A stretch of DNA of 64,000 nt. Origin: Vicugna vicugna (taxonomy: Eukaryota). Both the position numbers and the translations under genes were made by a program. Below the pieces are notes generated by a model, which saw nothing but the letters and a program-made list of their open reading frames with translations, did no database searches and was not told where the DNA came from. How positions within the stretch are numbered: the stretch's first letter is position 1; every line of letters begins with the position of its first letter. The stretch lies in contig MU057887.1 of assembly GCA_013265495.1 (NCBI GenBank), positions 2,265,576 to 2,329,575 on the forward strand, written 5' to 3'. Below are positions 12,456 through 23,056 of the stretch, piece after piece.

Positions 12456-12678
12456 GGGGTGAATCAGGAGTCTGGGACTAGCAGACACAGACCACGACAT
12501 GCGGAGCAGGTGAGTGACAGGTCCTGCCGCACAGCTCGGGGGCTCCGTTCCGTGTCTTGTAGTGACCGACGACGGAGAGGAATGTGGACAAGAGTATACG
12601 CGGATCACTGACGCACTGCGCTGTCCGCTGGAAACTAACACAGCCCTGGAAAGCAATCACACTGCAATTAAAAAAAAC
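12456..12678 (+). mobile_element. 5'-truncated artiodactyl-type L1 3' UTR with poly(A), strongly GC-shifted
   Basis: Colinear with the L1 3' end at 27640-27888. Ends GAAACTAACACAGC...CAATTAAAAAAAA. Flanked by a 16-bp TSD, AAAACA(A/G)ATGGGAGGA (12440-12455 and 12679-12694). Confidence 0.85.
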
Positions 12679-12725
12679 AAAACAGATGGGAGGATAATGG
12701 TTCTAAAGCAAATACACAGCAACTA

Positions 12726-12803
12726 CTAGGTTGAGTCACAGGAAATTGTCTTTTTGTCGGTTGGACTCATCACATATTGGTAATTCCATGTGGTTCAATC
12801 TAG
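12726..12803. mobile_element. Mariner-derived MITE, MADE2-like
   Basis: About 78 bp with imperfect 25-bp terminal inverted repeats (CTAGGTTGAGTCACAGGAAATTGTC / GGTAATTCCATGTGGTTCAATCTAG). TA duplication at 12724-12725 and 12804-12805. Confidence 0.85.
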
Positions 12804-15021
12804 TACGTTAAGAGAGTGTTAACTCCAAATAAAATACAAAGGTTACCTGCTTCAAATAAAAGACAGAGGTAATCAGACTGAATTGAAAAACTCAAACAAC
12901 AGCAAGAATAGTACAGATTAAAAGAGGGACAGAGAAAGACTAAAAGTCAAATGATATAAAAAAATGCACCGTGCAAACACTGACAGAGAGGGAGCTGCTG
13001 AGCTCCTGTCAGTCACGGTGGCCTGAAGGCAGGGGTGACCGCAGAGGAAAGGGGTCTCGGGATGATCCAAAGGTCAACTCAACAGGCAGATGCGACGATT
13101 CTGAATAATACGGCAACCCACCTAGCGCGGGCGCAGCACATGTAAACCCAGGAGAGCAATAAAGGAGGAACAAGTCGTCCCCGGGCACAGGCACCAGCCC
13201 ACGGGTGAGTTCCACGGAAACACGGGGACGCCGACGGCGGGGGGCAGCGTTCACAGCAGCTAGAGCTGTGAAAGCCTGAACCCTGAAGCCGCCCAAACGT
13301 CCGCTGACGACAGCGTGTGAGTGGGTGGCGGTAACTTCATGCAGTAGCGTCTACAGCAAAGCGAGAACAGGACGCGGCTGAGCGCAGCAGCGGGGGTGGG
13401 CCGGCCGACGCGGCGCTGGGTGTGAGCCCCGCACTGGTGTGAAGCGCGGTGGTGTTGCTCCTGGGGGGCCACGAGGAAGGCTTCTGGGACGCCGACATAC
13501 CCAGTTTTTAAAAATCTGACTTTACACGTTTGCCTTCACAAAGCAGCCGTCACAAAGCTGTGAGCCGTCAGCTTAGGGTTTGTACACTTCATTTATGTTC
13601 CGATTTGTTAGATGAGCATTTTTAAACCATCATGTCAGACATCATGATCTGACTGCTGGAGAAAAAACAGACAGCAGTCCTTAAGGTCACGTGCGCAGAA
13701 ACTTACCCTGGATTTCGGGTTTGCAGAAATTCCATGGCGGGCCTCATCTCCGCTGGGATTGAGTGAAAATCAGCCAGGATATTTGGAACAGCAAGGATGG
13801 CAATCCAGTTCAACACCCCTCATGCAAAATGCAGTGGTTGGGTTATTTCTCACAATCCAGCCACAACGGCTCTTGAGAGAATATGGAGCCGAGGACACTG
13901 GCACCATTGAGATCCCCCTTAGCTCCTGTCTCTCGTGCTTCTCACGTCAAACCACAGTGGTTGTGACAGAGCTCCCAGCCCCCCAGCCCTCCGCTCTCGG
14001 TGAACGGACTGCACACCCCTGTCCTATGGACGTCGGCTGGCCCAGACTTGCTCGGACAATGGAAAGTGGGCTGAACCCGCTCTGCCACCTCCCAAAAGAC
14101 ACTTCAAAGGCCCGTGGGTGGTTGTGCCATCATTCTGCTCCGTCTGTCCTGGGCTCACTGGTGGCCCAGGTGGAGGCTACTCCCTCCTCCAGAGTCCCAG
14201 AGGAGGAGGACTTGGGGCAGCCAGGCCACTGCTGACAGGTGACGTGGGCAAGAAGCAAATGTGGATACTTTGAGGATGCTTGTTGCTGCAGCACAAGGGT
14301 TCTGAGCAGACGGACACAAGACTCCCTCCACGAGGACAAATCTTGATGCTGGAGACACCGGGTTTACATTCTAACGCTCTGTGACCCATGGAACTAGCCT
14401 TCCTCACCCTCTCAAGTGTCAGCCATCCGAGGAAGGAAGGACCAGGCGTGACTCCTGGAACAAGTCTCTGGCATGAGAAATGGATTCCTATAACCACCCT
14501 GTGTTAGGCAATGTGACATTCTTGAGCCTAGAAGATTATTTTCTTTGGATATACAAACAATAAATGTTCACTGCTGATATACAAGGTGCCAAGATTTTGA
14601 TCAATTTGGTAATTATTTAAATCATGAAGTATGAGCAATGCATCGAGGTCGCTGGAAAGGAACCCAGAAATGATGCTGTGACGTGAGGGATTTTAAATGT
14701 TAGTGAACGTTTCCTGGGCTGAGGCTGGTTGTGTGGCATTTCCTCAGTCCTATGGTCTGCTAAATAGCACGGGGACTTCAAAAATATCTTGAGATCCACC
14801 AGCCAATTGGCCTTTGCCTGTACTGTCCACCTCAGGGCTCTCAGTGACCATGGCTACTGAAGAAGCGGGTACCTGCATCTCCTGGATCTGAATTCATCAT
14901 CTTTGTCCTTGAAAAAGACTCTCTTTACTCTTTATTAATGCAGGGTCCCATGATGCACCTTGTTTTCCAAAAACAGGACGTTTAAGGGTCATCTGCTCCT
15001 TTCTTTCCCACAGCCAATTTT

Positions 15022-15492
15022 GTTAGTCTCTTGCGGCTGCTGTAACAAACGATCTCAGACGCAAGACAAACTCACCGTCTCACAGCCAGAAGCTCGATGT
15101 GGGTCTCGCTGTGTTGGGAGAGCGCTGTCTCTCTCTGGAGCCTCTAAGGAAACGCTGTGTCCTGGCCCGCTCTCGCTCCCGGAGGCTGTGTGCCTGCGCT
15201 GGCCTGCGGCCCCTTCCTCCACCCTCAGAGCCGGCACTGGGGGCTCGGTCCCGGCTCACGGCCGCGTGCTGACCACACTTCCGCAGTCACGGCCCCTCTG
15301 ATCTCCTCCGCTTCCGTTTTTGAGAACCTCTGGGATTACTAGTTAGTCCCTTCTGGATAATTCAGGATAGTCTGTTGATCTTAAAGCCACTTCACTGGCA
15401 ACCTTGATTCCCTTTTGAGATGTGACTGAACATATCAGCTTCTGGGGAGTCGGGCACGGGCAGCCTCGGGGGTGGCACTGTCTGCCCAAGCA
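15022..15492 (-). mobile_element. MaLR solo LTR, MLT1D/E-like
   Basis: Reverse-orientation MLT1 blocks: GGCTGCTGTAACAAA, GGCCCCTTCCTCCA, TGGATAATTCAGGATA. Confidence 0.75.
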
Positions 15493-15889
15493 TCCGATCA
15501 AACACCAACACCCGGATTTGCTTCTTAACAGCTGGTCTTTCGTTCATTCCTGCTTAATTCTGCGGTTTTCTTTCCCATCATTCTCTTCTCTGAGCCAGTG
15601 TTCACAGTGACCATTCATCCTGGTTTGATGGACAGTCCAGGACTTAACCCCTTTCAGTATCAATCAGGCCCTGATTTAAACGGTCTTATATGGTTGCTCT
15701 GTTAAGTTCCACCAGCCAGACCACGGAGAGCTCCCCAGGATCGCCCAGCCGCTCACCGCACAGCCGCTGCCCCACTCTGCCCTCCCCGGGGGCCCTGCAC
15801 TCCATCCCGCATCCATCCTTCGAGTGTGGACCCCCACGTCCTGTCTTTTGTTAAACTGTCCCGCTCCGTGGAGGCATATCTGCTCAGAT

Positions 15890-16080
15890 CTGCTCTTTTG
15901 CCCACACTTGCTCTGCACACGGGCCTCTGTTACTAACCGTGAAGTACAGTGGAGCTGTTGTGTTTTCCCTCCCTCCCTGAGGGTGAGCTCCTCGAAGGCA
16001 GAAGGCATCACAGATATCCAGACACTCACCTAAGACCCCTGCACAGGGTTACCTCTCAGTAAACGTGGACAGAGTTGAGA
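15890..16080 (+). mobile_element. L2 3' end fragment
   Basis: GTGAGCTCCTCGAAGGCAGA...CCTGCACAG...CTCAGTAAACGT, typical of the L2 tail. Confidence 0.55.
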
Positions 16081-16599
16081 TAATGGGGCACCCATCGTCC
16101 TGGAAAGCTGCAGAGGGGGAAAGGGTCGCTCTGTCCTCAGTTTATAAATAAAGGATGTGCTGACGTGCCAGTGGGTCCCTGCACAAGTCCCTTCCAGTCT
16201 GTTCACTGAACCACAGTTGTGAACCGTAGAAGAAATTAGAGGATTTTTAGAATCCCTGTTTTGCAGCCTCTGTGGAATTACTTGATGCAGGCAATGCCTA
16301 CTGATGGGCGAATCCAGGAGATGAGTGACGGTACAGCTGGCAACGAGAAGGTCGGGAGGCCGCCACCTCAGCCCGCTGGCCGATCTCGGCCCTGAAGCCC
16401 GGCTCGCACAGCTCTGCTTGTAACGTGCCCGTCCCCAGACACTGCATCGGAGACCACTCAAGCCTCTGCCTCCCGTTTACAAAAACTGAAGACTAGAAGA
16501 CCAGCCTTATGACCCGAAGGAGCAAAGAGACAAGCCCTGTTCGGTTGATATTCTGCAGGGCAACTGATCTAATTCGTGAACCAAGTCAACGCAGCCGGT

Positions 16600-16995
16600 A
16601 AAGGGGGCGAGGGGCTTCGGCGTAGTAAAGGGGCTTGGTAGATTTCACAACTACGTTCAGTGCACCAACCTTGTTTGGACTCTGAATCAAACAAACTGAC
16701 TTGAAACAGACGTTGGTGAGCAGTCGGGGGACTCTGACTCTGGACCGTGTTTGGATAAATGCAAGAAGTGATTAACCACGTCAGGTACAACAGTGGGTCT
16801 GGCGATAAGTGAACATGTCCGTTTTTCAGAGATACACGCTGAAACACTTGGGGGTAAAATGTTACTATATCTGACACCTGCAAAAAATAGATTAAGAAAA
16901 GGAAAAATGCAAGTGAACAGATGAAGCAAATGTGAAAAATAAGACAGCTCTGCTTCCAGATATGTTTGAAATTTTACATCCAATTAAAAAATAGA
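16600..16995 (+). mobile_element. Ancient L1 3' UTR (L1MC4/5-like)
   Basis: CCTTGTTTGGACTCTGAATCAAACAAACTG, TTTTCAGAGATACACGCTGAAA, TATGTTTGAAATTTT followed by an A-rich tail. Confidence 0.7.
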
Positions 16996-18489
16996 AATCA
17001 TCACGTATATGCGTTAAATGATTAAGTTAATAAATGAAATAGTTTTCTCCTGGCTGTGCAGCAGATATGCTCCCCAGTCGTGGGGAGGTCAGACCTGAAG
17101 AGCTGGGGTGAACGGGGAGAGTTTGGGGACCTAAGCCCGTCAGGCGTCTGCTCCGGACTCACATAATCGCCTCAAAATGACTTTTACACTTGGAAGCCAC
17201 ACAACCAGGCAATGGGCCTCACTTGCCACAAACTCTGCTTCTGGTCTTTGCAAATAGTGGGCGAGCCCCCCTCCCCAGTTCGTCCTCCTCAGGGTCCCGT
17301 GTGTCCCCTGCACACAGTGGACGCTCAGTCCCTGCCCCTGGGATGAATGGGGGGGACGGCTGGCTGGGCCTTTGCACCGTTGCGATACCATAGCTCATGA
17401 ATGAATGGACGAGGCTCGTAAAAAAAGCCCATGTTTTGCAGTGAAATTGCTTCATGGTCCTTCTGGGTCCAGAGACTCCTTTTCTACAGACATTGTGTCT
17501 ATAAATCCATATCTACTAGGCCAGGCTCTTGAGTGAATGACTTACCACCTTCCTACCACAGCCCCAAGGATCCCGAAAGCCTTGGAGCCCATTTGAAAAC
17601 AAAGGGAGGGTTATCTCCCCGTTGAGAGCTACACGGACTGAGGCAGAGGTGAGCGCGAAGCTGCCCGCTCCTCCTGAAACACTAGGTCTGCTGGAGTTCA
17701 AATTCATGAATCTCCATGCTGATGCTCCGTTGGTTTTCTGCACAAATAAATAAAAAAAACAACCAGAGGCCCGGGTTTGCATTAGAATCTCATAATATGC
17801 TATAAAACCCTTGCCGGAGCCAGCATCCAGTTTAAGAATTCTCTCTCAGTTTTACGTTTCCCACTCCGCCTCTGCCTCTTCCTGCTTATCGGCTTCTCCC
17901 TTCCCTCCTCCACCTGGCTCCCTCCCTCCCTTCCTGCTTCTTGATGCCTCTGCCCCAGGCCACCCCTCCCCACCTTCTCCCCTTCCTCCCCGCAGAGTAA
18001 ACGTGGGGACCCGGGTCTGGTCCGATGTCTGTGAGTGGGAGAAGTCGAGACAGGTCACGTGCTGGGAGCCGCGATCACCGGATCTGGGGCACGTGGCAGC
18101 GGGGCTCTGTCCCACTGGGTCTGGTTTATAAACACGGCTGGAGAAATGGGCTCAGCTTCTTGGGGTCTCCAGAAATCTGGGTGCTGGGACGAGGCTCACA
18201 AGCCACGCCAGCTCCTTCTGAGCCTTCACGTCTCCCATCCCAGTGCCTTGCTCTGCTCACCGGTGTTTCGCTCGCTCTTTCCGTCCTCTGGAGAGCTTGC
18301 TCCGAGGTCGGAGGGAAGGCTCACGATCGACCCGGGGGAAACAGATCAGCAGGAAGGGGCCTGGCGCTTCTGCGCAGACACCGCGCGTGGGCTCCCACCA
18401 CCTGCCCGGCACCCCCGATGCTCTCGCTAACTGCCTTCACTCTCCAGCCACACCTGTCGCGGTCCTGCTCCGTGGGGGACGAGGATGCC

Positions 18490-18930
18490 GCAGTGGACGG
18501 GACACAGAGGGCCCTTGGAGTCCAAGAACGTGGGTCACAGAAGCCTTGCTCATGACAGCCCCAAAATGGAAGCATTCCACAAGTGCTTCGATGGGTGAGT
18601 GGTCACACAAAACGTCCTGCGCCCAGTCTAGGGAACGCCGCTTAGCCGTGAGAAGTGGCCCCTTGTGGTAACGATTCTGTGTGTCCTGTCTGTTCTGATG
18701 GGTATGTGAACCCACACGCGGTGGGACCGTGTGGAACTACATGCACACCCGCACAGGTGGGGCTGCGGGTCTGGAGGAGGGCGTGGGCTGCCTCCGTGCG
18801 GAACCCGGGCTGCGGGCTCGAGCTGCAGCCTTGCCAGATGTCGCCTCGGGGCACGTGAGGCCGCTCCGCATTCGTCTTTACAACTGGTGTGATCCACAAC
18901 GATCTCAATAAAAATACGCAAGTTGTTTTA
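18490..18930 (+). mobile_element. Ancient L1 3' end fragment (GC-shifted)
   Basis: CATGACAGCCCCAAAATGGAAGCA...ATGGGTGAGTGG, ending ATCTCAATAAAAAT. Confidence 0.6.
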
Positions 18931-18972
18931 AAGGAGAAGAGCGGAGGCAGCAAGACAGAGGGGAGTCCAGGC

Positions 18973-19310
18973 TGCAGCGGACTGTCTCCCCCGCCCCCAA
19001 TTCATACTTTGGAACCAAGCCCCCAGGGTGGTGGCATTTGGAGGAGGGGACTGTGGGAGGTGATTAGGGCACAAGGATGAAGCCCCCACCAGTGGGATCA
19101 GCGCTTTGGTAAAAGGCCCAGGACGTTCCCTCACCCCTCCCACCACCTGAGGACGGCTGGAGGGGCCCTCTGCGAGCCAGGAAAGGGGCCCTCGCTGGGC
19201 ACTGCGTCTGCGGTTGGTGCCTTGACCTCGGGCTTCTCAGCCTCCAGAGCCGGCTGTCTGTGAGCCTCCCAGGGGCCAGACCTGTCCCGCAGCCCCAGCA
19301 GACCGATGCA
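18973..19310 (+). mobile_element. MaLR solo LTR, MLT1A0-like
   Basis: AATTCATA...GGCATTTGGAG...GGGAGGTGATTAGG...GTGGGATCAGCGC...GGTGCCTTGACCTCGGGCTTCTCAGCCTCCAGA. TG...CA ends. Confidence 0.8.
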
Positions 19311-20099
19311 GCGACACAGAAGAAGCAGGCTGGGGACTGGTGCTCAGTCGCTGAGAACGAACCAGCTGTGTTCTCAGAGCTCACCTACACCTCTCAGCGT
19401 CCCCTGAGGCTCGCAGTGGCCCTGTTCCCATTTCACAGAGGGTGACGCTGAAACGTAGAGACGAACTAACGTTCCCGCAGGCGGTCACGGGGGCCCCGAT
19501 GCCGAGCACGCCGAGCGGCCTTTCCGGGAGTGCGGGGCAAAGAGGCCGAGCGCGGGGGGCCCGAGGAGGGGGCGGGCGGTGAGGCGGCTAGCACACAGGC
19601 CGGGCTGACCTCCTGCTGTGCCGTGAGTTGAGTCAGGCTTTAAAGGGTCCACAGAGTTGCCCGCGGGCAGACTGTCCGTGCAGAAGGTGGGACGCGTGAG
19701 GACATGCTCACTGCCGTGCGTAGCAGGTGGGGGGGTGAGTGCTGGAGCCGGCGGGGCCCGGGACACGGACGGGGGGGGGCAGAGTCAGGCGTTTCCTGTG
19801 AACGACGCTTAAGCAGCACCTGGAGCGATGAGCGGCCAGATCGGGTGCCTCCGTCACAGCGTCCCAGGGTGTTCCATCTCCCTCGGAGGAAGTCCAAGGC
19901 CACGTCCTATGGTTTCCGTGAGCGAGCCCCAGCCACCCCTCTGCCCTCCCCGCCTCCCTGAACCTCCCAGGCACCTGCCCCTCCCCGCGGCACCGCTGCC
20001 CCTTCTGCTGGGAATTCTCCTCCTTCACCCACACGGGACCTACTCCCTCCCAGGTTTTAGGTCCTGCTCACGTGTCCCCTTAGCAGAGAGGAGGACCCA

Positions 20100-21010
20100 G
20101 GTTAGAACAATCTGAAAAAGGAGTATAAACAAATATAATCGGACCGACTAAGGCCATGAAAGCATAAACCAGAAATCAATAAGCAGATTTGCAGATAAGC
20201 CAAGCAGAACTTCCAGAAGTGGAAGTCACACAGGACACACACACAGAAACTAAAGCTCGCTGGTTACTGAGCCGTAGGGGAGAGACAGCGGGGAAGAGAG
20301 AATTAGCAAACTGGAAGATAAAGCCACGGGGATGAAGCAGGAGGCAGCCCACGGAGACAAAGCCTCCGTCTATTCATGTGTCGGCTTATCTGCACCACTG
20401 ACTGCAGCTCAGAAGCTGGACAGAGACGTGTATTTATAGCACATTTACTGTGTACAGACTTTCTTCTATTGTGTTATGGCCTCATTTACCTGCTGGATAT
20501 CAACGTTGATTGTAAACCGTTGAGTAATGAAGACAGTATGATACAGGCATGGGGACAGACAGACAGAGAAATGGAACAAGGCACCTGGGACGGGTCCCTG
20601 TGTGTGCTGGCATAAGACAGAGTTGGCCCTAACACGTCAGCAGGCAAACGATGACCAGTCAACAGGTGGTGTTGGATGTGAGGTTTTCCACGTGAAGTAA
20701 AACTACAGAAGGTCCCACTTCACATGACACAGAGGCATCACCTCCAGGTCGATTAAAGACAGAAGCAAGACAAGCCGATCCTCAGGCTTTCAGAATTCAA
20801 CTCAACTCACTTCTCGATGGGAGATGACACCGCAGATAAGACTGAGAGGAGCAGGTTGGATGATCAGCTCTCTCATTGACATCTTGTTTTTAGAGAAAGT
20901 CGTCTAAACCAAACACAGAAGACCAAGTAGTGGGTACGAAAATGTTCATTATTCCCTAGACTGTTGTCTGAAATAATGCACAAAAAAGGAGGAAGATTTA
21001 AAAAATACAC
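20100..21010 (+). mobile_element. Decayed L1 ORF1/ORF2 fragments
   Basis: A-rich strand with GAAGAGAGAATTAGCAAACTGGAAGATAAA (ORF1-like) and ACAGTATGATACAGGCATGGGGACAGACAGACAG (ORF2-like). Confidence 0.5.
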
Positions 21011-22668
21011 ATGTGAGGACATTGGCGTGGTTAGCTGTAGACCTCAAGGCACCTAGAGTCATGCTGGTGCCCACAGCCCTGGGGGTTATTGTTTATTTCT
21101 TCTAGAAAATGTCTAATGAGTTGATTTTTTTCCCGGTGAGTGACTTCAAGGTCTGTTGCTTGCAACCAAGCGGGTCCTGACTGACAGCACCCTTCTGCTA
21201 CAAGCTCTGCCCCCTCGTGCTCAGTGAACTGAGTTCTGGGCAAGACTCAGGGCTGGGTTCTGTTTCCTGGTGGATTATGGATGTTCTAACCCCAGCCCTG
21301 GGAGCCGGGGCTGTGGGGCAGCTCCAGCCGTTCTCCAGGAGCCCGCTGCCCTGTGAGCCCGCTGCCCGTCCCCCCGCAGCCCCTCTGCAGGCCGCACGGG
21401 CACGCAGCACTCACACGGGGGCACTGGAGCACGGGTGCCCCCGCTCCCTGCCTCCCATCGCCTCTCGCCGAGCAGGGCTGGAGCTCTGGGCACTTAGGCC
21501 TTATTTATTACCATGCACTGCTGGGACTTAATGACACATAAATCTCAGATTATGAAGTCACCGCTCTACATATTCTTGGCTCAAAATGAGCCTCAGGATC
21601 AAGTTACCAGGGAAGCAAGCAGGAGGGCACCTTCCAGGTGCCAGGGCTCTCATGCTGGCAATTTTGAGGAAAGGGGTCTTTCCTGCCCAGTGACTCCATC
21701 CTGCATGTGATTCAAATCCTGGAGCATCCACGTGTCCTTGAGTCAAGGAATGGATGAGTGGAAGAAGGTTTGCAGACGAAGAAAGAGGCTCAAAGAAGTG
21801 GTGGTTCTGGCCTGAGATCATGCGGCTACGAGTGGCTGATGGAGAAACAGTGGTTCTCCTGCAGACTCTGTCGGGACAAACCCATGCTGGCCTCCGTCAC
21901 CAACAGCTTCCACCGCCTCTTGCCTCTAGCTCTATGTGTCCTGCAGATAATCTCGGGGGTGTCCCTGAGGGGCCCCTGGGTTCCCCAAAGTCTCTTCCTT
22001 TTCTCCACCCAGACCTCAGGTGCAGCTCTGCTTTTCCTAACATGGACTCGACGGATCCTTCCTCTGCCCAGACACATTCTACTGCTTCCCGCTTTCTACC
22101 TTTCTTTCCTCCGTTGCCTGAAGTCAGCTTTCTCACTGGCATCCCACCTCCTGTCCAGCTGGCCTCCCGGGGGCACCGAGGGCCAGGCTGGGAGAAGCAG
22201 CTCAGCCTGCTGCCCCCTTCCCGAGGTCCCCACACCCCTGCCAGCCCCGTGACAGCCACGCTTTCTGCGTCCACGGCCCGAGGCTCCCGGACTTGGACCA
22301 CTCCTGCTCCTTGTCCAAGCAGCACGGACAGCCCGTAGGTCAAGGTGCAGGTCTCAGTATTGGGTTTGGATCCTGCCTTTGGCACCAGTGGACACGTGAC
22401 ACCCTCACCGAGCTCATTCGGAATAATCCTTTGCACTTTCTGCCAAACTGTTCCCAGAGGGTCCTGTGTGTGTGTCCCGCCGGGGCGGCAGGGCGCAGCC
22501 AATCCCCACTAGCTTTGGGTATTAGCTTGATTTTGTCCCCGATAACCCCGCTGCTGCTTTCCCAGCACCATGTGACTGCCTGCGACATCACTGTCCCTCC
22601 CGTGTCCACGTCCCACCTGGGTTTCCTCTTCTGCCGTCGCCTGCTGCAGGGCGCATCCTGGCTTCCCC

Positions 22669-23056
22669 TGTTGGAGAAAACCAGGGCCTGACTGTAAAGC
22701 AGTAAAAACAGGTTTCATTCAGCAACTATTGCAGTAGGAGAAAAGAGACCTCAGTGTGGACCTGGGTTCATTTCCTAAAACAGCAGGGAGAGTGGGGTCT
22801 TGTGGCCCAGGTGCAGGTTGGGGTGGCTGGAAAATGACTCTGGTGGTGGGGCACTCCTTTGCTGGGGGCAGGAGGGTGACCGGACGTCACGGGGGCAGGT
22901 AAGGAAACTGATTAGATATGGAGGGTCAGAGATTCTGGCTAAACCGGCTTGACAGGATTTCCCCCAAACTGGGCAATGCAGAGCCTGGAGAGGGCGGCTG
23001 GTTGAGAAGACGGGTCGCGGAGGGGCCTAGAGCTGGCCAAGGAGGGCGTCCTGTCA
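22669..23056 (-). mobile_element. ERV1 solo LTR, MER31-like
   Basis: TG...CA ends with a 4-bp TSD CCCC (22665-22668 and 23057-23060). Internal ATTCTGGCTAAACCGGCTTGACAGGATT block typical of MER31/MER67. Confidence 0.75.

Larger units (their letters stand above)
11560..13620 (+). mobile_element. Highly decayed ancient L1 (L1M-type) fragments: ORF1/inter-ORF, endonuclease region and 3' part
   Basis: A-rich plus strand. L1 endonuclease-like text at about 12850-13170 (AAAGACAGAG...TCAGACTG, ACCGTGCAAACACT, AAAGGTCAACTCAACAGGCAGATG). Interrupted by a younger L1 3' end and a MADE2. Confidence 0.6.

Noticed and set aside
12456..12678. ADAR hyper-editing as the cause of A>G changes in the L1 copy
   Set aside because: T>C changes are also abundant on the same strand, which single-strand A-to-I editing would not produce.
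22315..22335. REST/RE1-like motif (AGCAGCACGGACAGC)
   Set aside because: The left half-site mismatches TCAGCACC at key positions.
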